From Antedon mediterranea (Eukaryota; Animalia; Echinodermata), in contig NC_092670.1 in assembly GCF_964355755.1 (NCBI RefSeq), positions 23,794,795 to 23,858,794 of the forward strand: 64,000 nt of DNA, read 5' to 3'. A model generated the notes under the pieces. That model had not been told where the DNA came from. It made no database searches and saw only the letters and a program-made list of their open reading frames with translations. Positions 52,487 through 64,000 of the stretch are shown in pieces (within the stretch, counting starts at the first letter, position 1; each line of letters begins with the position of its first letter). Both the position numbers and the translations under genes were made by a program.

Positions 52487-55400
52487 CTAGACATGTAACT
52501 CGTCACTTTGACGAGTTTGGTTATCCGCCGCGCAAGTGGTGCAACATTAACATTAAGGGGATAGGTTGAGGACAAAGGGAAGTGTTCACGTTGGCATTAT
52601 GACCTGAACTGAAGAGTATGATATGTTGTTATTGCTGAACTTTATTATTTAAATTCATATATAGTATACACAGTATAATCTGTATCCATATCACATACAG
52701 TGTAGAATAGGTGAAATTACGGGACCCGCTATTTATTGCAATTGTTAACATGTTGACGGTTTTAAAATGAAACGCGAAGGTAGCAATTCCGAAAGAAAAT
52801 TATCTCAGCAACAACGTATTAACGTGTAGAAGAAATTTGAATACGTTAAATATTGATGCGCGCTCTTTTAAATGTAATGAATTATGACGCAAAAGATGAA
52901 AATACGACCTTTTTTATTTAACTGGCCATATGATGACGTCACAACATCCGATTGGCAACATTTTTACATAATTTCGTATCTACAATCCAATAGCTTCCAG
53001 AAAAAGTTTTAATCGTGATTATCACATTTTATTCTTACGAGCTATAACAGATTAAAATTTACTGTAAAGATGAAATTGATGCCACACGTGATTTAAATTT
53101 TTAGGCATGACGACGTCATAAAAATAAAAATATTTTTAACTCATGCGAAAGATAGTTGATTGACCTAGACAATATCAAAATCGGGGTGAAAATGGAAAAC
53201 GGATAAGTGGAGATGCGCTCTATTCAATGTGATGAGCTATGACGAAAGATACAAAAATCCTAAATTTTATATTCGCGTGGCCATACGATGACGTCACAAT
53301 GTCCAGTTAGCCATATTAATACCTGATCAGACATCTACAACTCATCTACTTCCAGAATATGTCATCCACAAAAAGTTGACCGTCTAGTTTAGAAATTACG
53401 ACTGTTTAAAAAAAGGCATATTTTAAACGAATTGTTTAACCTTTTCATAAAAAACGCGCGCAAATTGTCCAATTCGACGTGCTCGTATGACGTATCTTTA
53501 AGTCGAAATTGTTAAAAATTTGGTAAAATTACATGAAAAGGCTGGAAAAACATAAATCACGCGAAAAAAATACGTTTTCAATGCTACGTGCGCACCGCAC
53601 ACGTAAAAATGTGCGCACGCGTGGGAATTTTTTACATGCTTAAAACGACATGAAACGCGTAGAAAGTTGATTATAAATTAGTTTCGCGCATTTTGAAATT
53701 TTAAATGCGCGTGCGCGCGTAACTTTGTGTAAAACACGCAATTTTTTTTCAACAGAAAGTTAGCGCATGATATAAATCAAACTTTTGCAAAGTTTCAAGT
53801 TGAAATGTTATTTGGTTTTCGACATATGTTCAATACGAGAAAATCGTTAAATCGCGCGTACGTCACTTTGCGCAATTGTAAACATCATGAAAAGCTTCGC
53901 TTGACGACGTTACATAAATGTCAAAATGTTAACATAGTTAACAAAATGTTATGTTTGCAAGTTTCAGAGAAAAGCGTTACACAAAAATCATACAGAAAGA
54001 AAGAAGAAGAACTAGACATGTAACTCGTCACTTTGACGAGTTTGGTTATCCGCCGCGCAAGTGGTGCAACATTAACATTAAGGGGATAGGTTGAGGACAA
54101 AAGGAAGTGTTCACGTTGGCATTATGACCTGAACTGAAGAATATGATCTGTTGTTATTGCTGAATTTTATTATTTAAATTCATATATAGTATACACAGTA
54201 TAATCTGTATCCATATCACATACAGTGTAGAATATGTGAACTTACGGGACCCGCTATTTATTGCAATTTTTAACATGTTGACGGTTTTAAAATGAAACGG
54301 GAAGGTAGCAATTCCGAAAGGAAATTATCTCAGCAACAACGTATTAGCGTGTAGAAGAAATTTGAATACGTGAAATATTGATGCGCGCTCTTTTAAATGT
54401 AATGAATTATGACGCAAAAGATGAAAATACGACCTTTTTTATTTAACTGGCCATATGATGACGTCACAACATCCGATTGGCAACATTTTTACATAATTTC
54501 GTATCTACAATCCAATAGCTTCCAGAAAAAGTTTTAATCGTGATTATCAAATTTTATTCTTACGAGCTATAACAGATTAAAATTTACTGTAAAGATGAAA
54601 TTGATGCCACACGTGATTTAAATTTTTAGGCATGATGACGTCAAAAAAATTAAAATATTTTTAACTCATGCGAAAGATAGTTGATTGACCTAGACAATAT
54701 CAAAATCGGGGTGAAAATGGAAAACGGATAAGTGGAGATGCGCTCTATTCAATGTGATGAGCTATGACGAAAGATACAAAAATCCTAAATTTTATATTCG
54801 CGTGGCCATACGATGACGTCACAATGTCCGGTTAGCCATATTAATACCTGATCCGATATCTACAACTCATCTACTTCTAGAAAATGTCATCCACAAAAAT
54901 TTGACCGTCTAGTTTAGAAATTACGACTGTTTAAAAAAAGTCATATTTTAAACGAATTTTTTAACCTTTTCATAAAAAACGCGCGCAAATTGGCCAATTC
55001 GACGTGCTCGTATGACGTATCTTTAAGTCAAAATTGTTTAAAATTTGGTAAAATTACTAGAAAAGGCTGAAAAAACATAAATCACGCGAAAAAATTACGT
55101 TTTCAATTCTACGTGCGCACCGCACACGTAAAAATGTGCGCACGCGTGGGAATTTTTGACATGCTTAAAACGACATGAAACGCGTAGAAAGTTGATTATA
55201 AATTAATTTTGCGCATTTTGAAATTTTAAATGCGCGTGCACGCGTAACTTTGTGTATAACACGCAATTTTTTTTCAACAGAAAGTTAGCGCATGATATAA
55301 ATTAAACTTTTGCAAAGTTTCAAGTTGAAATGTTATTTGGTTGTCGAGCTATGTTAAATACGACAAAATCGTTAAATCGCGCGTAAGTCACGTTGCGCAA

Positions 55401-57209
55401 TTGTAAACGTCATGAAAAGCTTCGCTTGACGACGTTACGTAAATGTCAATATGTTAAGATAGTTACCAAAATGTTATGTTTGCGAGTTTTGGAGAAAAGC
55501 GTTACACAAAAATCATACAGAAAGAAAGAAGAAAAATAAAAAGATGATGATTTCGTACAATCACAAGAGGTTATCCTGCAACTTCGTTGCGGATAACCAA
55601 TAAAAAGTTGACTAGACATGTAACTCGTCACTTTGACGAGTTTGGTTATCCGCCGCGCAAGTGGTGCAACATTAACATTAAGGGGATAGGTTGAGGACAA
55701 AGGGAAGTGTTCACGTTGGCATTATGACCTGAACTGAAGAGTATGATATGTTGTTATTGCTGAACTTTATTATTTAAATTCATATATAGTATACACAGTA
55801 TAATCTGTATCCATATCACATACAGTGTAGAATAGGTGAAATTACGGGACCCGCTATTTATTGCAATTGTTAACATGTTGACGGTTTTAAAATGAAACGC
55901 GAAGGTAGCAATTCCGAAAGAAAATTATCTCAGCAACAACGTATTAACGTGTAGAAGAAATTTGAATACGTTAAATATTGATGCGCGCTCTTTTAAATGT
56001 AATGAATTATGACGCAAAAGATGAAAATACGACCTTTTTTATTTAACTGGCCATATGATGACGTCACAACATCCGATTGGCAACATTTTTACATAATTTC
56101 GTATCTACAATCCAATAGCTTCCAGAAAAAGTTTTAATCGTGATTATCACATTTTATTCTTACGAGCTATAACAGATTAAAATTTACTGTAAAGATGAAA
56201 TTGATGCCACACGTGATTTAAATTTTTAGGCATGACGACGTCATAAAAATAAAAATATTTTTAACTCATGCGAAAGATAGTTGATTGACCTAGACAATAT
56301 CAAAATCGGGGTGAAAATGGAAAACGGATAAGTGGAGATGCGCTCTATTCAATGTGATGAGCTATGACGAAAGATACAAAAATCCTAAATTTTATATTCG
56401 CGTGGCCATACGATGACGTCACAATGTCCAGTTAGCCATATTAATACCTGATCAGACATCTACAACTCATCTACTTCCAGAATATGTCATCCACAAAAAG
56501 TTGACCGTCTAGTTTAGAAATTACGACTGTTTAAAAAAAGGCATATTTTAAACGAATTGTTTAACCTTTTCATAAAAAACGCGCGCAAATTGTCCAATTC
56601 GACGTGCTCGTATGACGTATCTTTAAGTCGAAATTGTTAAAAATTTGGTAAAATTACATGAAAAGGCTGGAAAAACATAAATCACGCGAAAAAAATACGT
56701 TTTCAATGCTACGTGCGCACCGCACACGTAAAAATGTGCGCACGCGTGGGAATTTTTTACATGCTTAAAACGACATGAAACGCGTAGAAAGTTGATTATA
56801 AATTAGTTTCGCGCATTTTGAAATTTTAAATGCGCGTGCGCGCGTAACTTTGTGTAAAACACGCAATTTTTTTTCAACAGAAAGTTAGCGCATGATATAA
56901 ATTAAACTTTTGCAAAGTTTCAAGTTGAAATGTTATTTGGTTTTCGACATATGTTCAATACGAGAAAATCGTTAAATCGCGCGTACGTCACTTTGCGCAA
57001 TTGTAAACATCATGAAAAGCTTCGCTTGACGACGTTACATAAATGTCAAAATGTTAACATAGTTAACAAAATGTTATGTTTGCAAGTTTCAGAGAAAAGC
57101 GTTACACAAAAATCATACAGAAAGAAAGAAGAAGAATAAAAAGTTGATGATGATGATGATTTCGTACAATCACAAGAGGTTATCCTGCAACTTCGTTGCG
57201 GATAACCAA
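52487..57209 (-). mobile_element. Cluster of three Helentron-type (HINE) elements, subfamily C
   Basis: CTAG-hairpin ends with subTIR TTGGTTATCCGC at 52487, 54012, 55612. Opposite hairpins GGTTATCC(T)GCAAC-ttc-GTTGCGGATAACCAA end at 55600 and 57209. Body homologous to subfamily A. Confidence 0.85.
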
Positions 57210-58941
57210 TTATATTTATAAACAGGTGTTATGATGAAGTTAGGAAGATATTTTTCTGGAAAATGCAAAAAAAAAATAATCCTATAGCTCACGTACAGCG
57301 CATTCTTTAATCACACACAACAATATGGAATACATTTTTATTGTCTACGATGCTATAAACGTGCATTGCATTTATTGTGATTGACGTCAGAGAACCAATT
57401 TATGGCTAAAATTACTGCAGAACCTTCGAGAAACATTGGCATTTGGCAAGTACTGTACACACATATTATTCTTTTGGGTGATTACATTGTGTTATTTATA
57501 ATTGTCTATAATTATTACAATAACAGACAAGGATGCAGAAAGGGTATATGGTATCAGGTTTCATTATAACAATGAAATTAATTGCTATAAATGTATATAT
57601 TTAACATTTAGAATTTGAAATCGAAATTTAATTATGGTAGAAGGGTTTTTGTAATATTATATTTCACAGTGAGGTAAAACCGAAGGCTAGAGGGCGTACT
57701 CCAGACTGAAAAGTGATTCTAACAGGAGGGGAACCAACAAGATGGCGGCCTTAAATGTGTTCAAAAACATTATTTAATATAAAAAATAATAATCTAATAT
57801 AATACATTAAGACCACATAAATTACAACACATATTCTTGCTAAAGCACAGTGAAGTTTTTATAAAATTAAATATAATTATTATTAATCGCAATAGAATGA
57901 ATAATTTCTTGGTAATCCAGCATTTTTTGTATACGAGGATATGGCAAGGTCTGCGGTACATGGTTTTGAAATATTTATTCGCTCAGTTCCCTCTTACTAA
58001 GTATAAATATACAGTTTTCAAACGTTATTAATGCCTAAAATAAACTTTAGGTAATGTTTACTTAGATGGCAGTGTTTAAAATGAATCAGAATATATTCTA
58101 TAACTATACAAGCGAAAATATTTTGATAGAAAACACTATCCAACTAGTTTGACAAAAAAAAGTGTGATGTTCCCGAATATCGTAGTGATATTACATCATC
58201 ATGTCCATATATGGGTACATCACATTTTTTGTCACATAAAGTGTATGTATAATGTATACAAGGCTTTACTGTCATGCTAAGAGGCAAATATGGAACAATA
58301 TTCTATAGTTAGGCTATAAATGTTATCGAATCTATATTTGTGGAACATCTGAGGTGGAATAGGGAGGTAATTCAAGATGGTTATCAAAAAAGTTTTGCAT
58401 TTTGTCCACATATCCTCGAATTTATTTTATATTTATAACTTTGAATTAAAAACACTTGTAATTTATAGGTGGGCTTAGACCAAATACAAGTATGATTTAT
58501 ACAGAATTAGACAACATTTCAAATATCATCAATACTGTATTAGTTCATATTGCAAGGACATGCTTGAATAGGCAAGAAGGATATGCTTCAGCGAGTAGCA
58601 TGCATGAATGAGCAGCAGCAGGTAGTGAGTCTATCTTATAATTATTGTTTAATAATAATAATATTACTACTACTACAAAATACAGAGCAGGATAAAGCTG
58701 ATTGAAAACTGCGATGTTTTTAACGAAACAAAACAAATCATTTTAATTCAGATTTATAATATTATACTGGTATTTCAGTTGTCAAAGCATATATGCAAAT
58801 AACCTAGAAGTATAAATTAAAATATATTTAAATAATACCAAGTGTATTAATTAAGGTATCTTATAAAAAATAACACACATAACTAAATTTCATTGCAGTC
58901 TATTATCAATGAAAAGAAGGACTTATTTTCATTAGTAATAG

Positions 58942-58992
58942 CAGGAAAGAGTTAAATTACTGTAATTTAATTTGTAATTTAACTCTTCCCTG
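58942..58992. mobile_element. 51-bp collapsed TIR element with 7-bp TSD
   Basis: CAGGAAAGAGTTAAATTAC / GTAATTTAACTCTTCCCTG arms. GTAATAG directly repeated on both flanks. Confidence 0.65.
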
Positions 58993-60906
58993 GTAATAGT
59001 TATTTCAGTATAAAGCCTCAAAAGAGGAGGTACACACAATAAATGTAAATATATGATCACTTGGTGGTTTAGAATTATGTGCTTTATGATTTATTATACA
59101 AATGTACCGTTATATGCAAATAAGTTATGCAAATAGGAGATGTTTACAGATTTTCAATTCAAAGATACTATTGATAAAAATATAATTGTGAAGATTACTA
59201 ATTGAGAAAATATTTAAAATACAAAACCTATGACAATCTAAAATTAATCCTGAAATAATAATCTGTTAACGTGTGTAACATATTCTAACTAGCTTCGGTG
59301 TTTGGACACGCACCTTACAGGTATAAAGTAATTAACAGAATGGTAAGACGGTCTCATGAGACACTGTATTATACAGTTCATATTCTAAGTGCATTAGCAC
59401 AAAACTAAGACTAGGTCCAAAGGGAAATTAATTATTTTTAATCAATTACATATCTGATATTCATCCAACTTAATTTATTTTTAATTATTAATTTAAATAA
59501 AAAGAGAAGTAAAAGCTAATATTAATTATATCTGTCCATATTCTACTATTATTTATTAAACAAATGTAAATAAAATGTAATAATTATTTTTAGTAGAAAT
59601 GGTGCAGCTTCAGTAACTTTATTAAAATAATATCATTAGTGAAAGATGGGTGAAATATGGAAAAAAAAAAGAATGATGCTAGATAACAAAAACCATAAAT
59701 CTACTGCATTGATGTGGGTATAAGCCTAACCCACCATTTCAACATTAAAACCATGTCAAGTTTGGGGGTGGGGGTTTAAATATCGTTCATACATTCACAG
59801 ACAGAAGGCATAATTTGTTTACATCATTTGTGGATACATAAAGATAATTATCATTTTAAGTGATGTTTTATATTAAAAAAGTTAAATCTATCTTTATTTC
59901 GTATATTTAACATGAACATAAACTTCTGAAATATAAATTAAATCCATCCTTTAGTAAAGTATTATTATAACAGTGCATAGATCAACAATAGTAATATATT
60001 CTGAATAGTCAAATAGATAACAATTTTCAGCTAATGCATAGCCCGCTCAGTTTAGCCAGGTAAACATGCGCTGAGTTAATGAACAAAATCTATACTGAAT
60101 TGATTAAGTTTACTATCAACAAGACTTCATTATTTATATTCACCAGAAGTGAATATTGTAGATTTACCATCACCTTGCAAAATGTCAACAATATAATTGA
60201 TTTTTATACTGTATTTTACTGTAATCTCTTAAGGGCCTGTTTCAGTCTACTGAAACATTCTAAAAGAATAGTTTTCTTGAAAAATCGGTATTGGTAGTTT
60301 ATAAAGATAGCATTGCTTGTTTCATTGACTTTTATTAATTATTTCACAGTTCGATATAGTGGAAGTGCTACTGTCAATGTTCGACTGTTTTCAGATAAAT
60401 TAAGACACTGGTTATATTTCAGCTAGAAGTTGTTCCACAAGTCGGGTTCTTGGCGATCAAAACCGAAATCAATCTTTTAACAGTTTTTAAGTTATTTTTC
60501 TCACGTTTTTTTGTGTGTATGGACACATTTTCTTCTGGCAAGAGAAATATCCTTGAAAAGATAGTTTTAAAAACTGTATTCTTCTGCTTAAAGAGGCCTT
60601 TAGTGTTACAGGTAATAAATTACAAAACAAGAAAATACAGAAAACATTAATAAAAAAGATGTACAGTATTTGTATATTGCTACTGTATTATTTTATATAT
60701 TCATTTATATATATAGACGGATCGAGTTCGAGTCTCGGTTGGGGCGACTTTTTCTCATTCTCACAGATTTCCTTATCTTTATCGTTTCAAATTAATTAAT
60801 TAAATTTCAGTATAACACCAGGCGGTTTAGAATTAATGTTCTTTGCCTAATGTGTTTATATATATTCAATGAAGTAACCAAGTTTTCTGCTGTTATTTTA
60901 ATTTTA

Positions 60907-60937
<31 letters not shown>

Positions 60938-61167
60938 TACGCTCCTCTACTTTCTGCTATATACATATATATAGTATGTTGTTTTGTAGAGCACTCTTCA
61001 GTTCGAAACGGTGCATTTTTGTTGTGAATACTATTAGCATTTTGCAAAGCACGCTCGTTGAGCTTGTGCACTCTTTGTGTTCATAATCAGTGTACCATGT
61101 CCCGCATACCTGGCTCAGCCTATATATTGTGCCAGTTCTGCGGTACATTTCATTTCGAAAACCTGAG

Positions 61168-61212
61168 CTGCACTGACGAGATCTAATAAGATCGAAACAG
61201 TACTGTCTGCAG
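61168..61212 (+). ncRNA. Minimal type I hammerhead ribozyme (Penelope-like element/retrozyme type)
   Basis: Helix I CTGCA/TGCAG; core CTGACGA; helix II GATCT-aata-AGATC; GAAA; palindromic helix III ACAG-TA-CTGT; cleavage triplet GTC (cut after 61207). Confidence 0.85.
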
Positions 61213-61934
61213 ATTGGATATATATATATATTATATATATTTTGTATTTTTATTATTTAGCGTTTTATAGACCAGGCCATTAATTCCTCCATGATTTATA
61301 GTGCACGGCAGTATATTCACTTTTAATCATTTTTGGGACTCAACTCATTGTGGTTAAACATTTAAATACATTGCAAGTAAATTATGGCTTTTATATTTAT
61401 CTCAGTTCAGTTTTACAATATATTAGTAGGATTAGCACAATTCTGTACAGTTAAAATTTATTTGTTATTTAGATGTTAAGTTCATGATGAATTATCAATA
61501 ATTGATGATAAAAAAGCACAGTTTCTATCTTTATAAATGTTGCTAGAGGATCTTATAACAATACCTTGAAAGGTTTTTAAAACATATAAAACACCAAACT
61601 GTTATCGGCATAAATCTTTGAAAATTGTTATGTGTAAAAAATGCACATAAATTTAAACCTTAATCTGGCTATCTATCAAATGCTAATCACTGCCGTCGTT
61701 TACGGGATTTCTAAAAAGAAAATGGGTTTGCATATAAAAATAACAAATTAGTACAGTAGAAAAAAACCAGTAGTGTTACAGTTTGAAATGAAGCTTATTT
61801 ATGGATTATAACTATACTTATTTTATATATGTAAATTATATCTTTGGCGTTGTTAAGAAAAGAACCAACATAAAATTATCTTATGACGACGATTACCCTA
61901 CTTAAATAAAAATAGTGCATCTAGTTATTTATCA

Positions 61935-62100
61935 TCATCCACATGCATTTACTGTAAATAGGACTGCTTTATGTCTCATCCAAAGGATGAGGCATTGAGA
62001 TTAACAATCTTTACCTAAAGGATATTAAAGCAATATATAGGACAGACAGGTTCTGAACCTGTACGTCTAAAATGCCATGTCTTGCGATATATTAGAACCT
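61935..62100 (-). mobile_element. Degenerate Deu-domain SINE remnant
   Basis: TTTTATGTCTCATCCAAAGGATGAGGCA is the reverse complement of a GCCxxxTCCTTxGGATGAGACxTAAAA-type SINE core. A related motif lies near 50233. Confidence 0.45.
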
Positions 62101-63393
62101 GGAAAGTTATATACCAAAGCGCGATTCCCACTATGCAAATTATGTACACGCAAATAATTTGACCAATCACAAGCGACAGAAAAAATAAAAAATTACATTG
62201 CTTTTATGCTCTTTTTATTTCATCCTTAGTGGCAACTAAGCTTTAATCAAGTCATTTATTAATACTTTTTGAACACAAGTTGAATAACATGTTGAAGTAA
62301 TGGTCTATTAACATCAAGACTTTTGTTAGTATCACTTACAGCCTTGCGTTCATCTATCCATAACATATGCAAAACTTGACATTTAGCTACTAATATAGCG
62401 ATGATATTTGCTCTACACTTTCTACTATAGTATAAACTTTGTATACAAATTGATGAGTATAATCTAAAATTGTAAACATCGATGTATTACATTCCTTCTA
62501 TTGAACATGGTAGTGTATTTAAAAATGGTTACCGGTACTTTAATTCGCAGCAGAGAATAATAAAAACTAAAGATGGCTCGAAATTTAACCAAACTAGCAA
62601 TTTGTAGATTTTTTAATAATTGCAAGTTGAAAATTTCAGTAGTTACGTTAAGTCTAGTCTAGCAAATTCTTTTGTAGATTTTTTAAATTCCTATATTTCA
62701 TATGCAAAAAGTACCTTATCACTGAAATCTATGGTTGTTGTAATATAGTGTGTTTGTGTTGTGTTGAAATAAATTAATGTAATAGGGTTACACACCCCAC
62801 GGTGCCCTCAATTTCATGTACAAGTGTACATGCCATTTTATTATTTAAAGTTAATCAGGTTTCATCACCCTTTATCCCTCCTGTGCAAGTGTACTGTACA
62901 TTTTTATTATTGACATCAGGTATGACTTGGTTTGTTAAATATCACTTACAATTTAATATCCATCTGTCTACAGTATAACAACTTATGCAGAAACTGACAT
63001 TTAGTTAAGTGTACAATACGGAACATCGAAGCAGACATGCAACATAATTAGTCAGTCACCGGAGAGTGCTTAGTAATAACTATCTATACTATGACCCATA
63101 TACTAAATACATATATAATAAAAATATATTGCATATAATAAAATAACAGTAATCTATCAAATATATGCAATTATTATTAAGTTGTGGTTTATTTAATAAT
63201 GGATATATAATAAAGCTCAGAAATCCATCTGTTTATTATTCATTGATCAGGAAATACATATTATTATTTAATAGTATTTAATAAACAAATTATCATAGCA
63301 AAGCAAAGTATAACTCAAAAGGTTGGAGACATATGTGTCTTGTCTATGGCATAAATATCTATGTAAACTTTCTACAGTATCTATGACAAAATG

Positions 63394-63598
63394 CACACAC
63401 ACAATACTGTGGTATAGGGGACTAAAGATTGAGATCAAAACTACAAGTGAAACTTTCCTAGTATGTCAAACTCCTGAACAAACAGCAAGTAGTATGTAAA
63501 AAGTGAATTCCATCAGATACCAGATTCACACACACACACACACACAATACTGTGGTATAGGGGACTAAAGATTGAGATTTAAACTACAAGTGAAACTT
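63394..63598. repeat. ~62-bp direct duplication anchored on (CA)n
   Basis: (CA)nATACTGTGGTATAGGGGACTAAAGATTGAGAT..AAACTACAAGTGAAACTT at ~63394-63455 and ~63537-63598. Confidence 0.8.
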
Positions 63599-64000
63599 GG
63601 GTGTCTAGAAAACTCAGATCTATAAAGATGTAGAAATCTAGATGTAGAAAAGTCAGATATCTGAGTTTTCTAGATCTAGAAAACTCAGATATCAATATCT
63701 GACTTTTCTAGTTCCAAAATGGAACTAGAAAACTCAGATCGTCAAATGATTGGTTGGTAGGTCATTTCATTATTAATCAGAAGGTAGAGTTTAAAACTGA
63801 TTACTGTGTAGGCCTATATTTTCTTACTAATAATAATAATTGTAACATGTAGAAGCGGCCTACGGCTTAAATCATAAAGAAAATACAGTGCATGTTACCG
63901 TTAAAATGTAGGCTTAAAAATTAGGTATGTACGAGTTGGTGTGGATACAAGTTGATTGAGGTACGAGTTAGCCAAGTGGGGAATATTTATGAGTTATTTT

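Noticed and set aside
60716-60760. GTTCGAGTC B-box-like motif suggesting a tRNA
   Set aside because: No A box, anticodon arm or acceptor stem. At most a SINE-head remnant.
37009-64000. Expected upstream PKC exons (pseudosubstrate, C1A)
   Set aside because: No RKGALR, FCxHC or HKRCHE-type coding sequence found by eye on the minus strand. A very short exon could have been missed.

Overview
AT-rich animal genomic DNA (probably a marine invertebrate; that is an inference from repeat types), not prokaryotic. The whole window lies inside one minus-strand conventional (Ca2+/DAG-dependent) protein kinase C gene. Five GT-AG exons (37008-36897, 34080-33952, 31891-31738, 27168-26940, 19380-19240) splice in frame into C1B, C2, hinge and the kinase Gly-loop. 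I found no C1A or later kinase exons, so both gene ends probably lie outside the window. The introns are full of mobile DNA. (1) A 10.3-kb cluster (1131-11441) of non-autonomous Helentron-type (HINE/DINE-1-like) elements whose termini balance like brackets, B[A B[A[A A] B]], almost all inserted in the same short purine tract or at the terminus of a relative. A second cluster is at 52487-57209, and the three subfamilies have co-varying terminal sequences. (2) A Helentron-type element carrying four tRNA-Val(AAC)-like copies (45930-47327). (3) An intact minimal hammerhead ribozyme (61168-61212) and a degenerate inverted pair (21726-22092). (4) A three-level nest of TIR element > Ginger1-like element > Harbinger derivative, plus a ~131-bp satellite. 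(5) A solo LTR, MITEs, SINE/LINE remnants, minisatellites and one GC-rich orphan ORF. All coordinates were read by eye and no database search was run.
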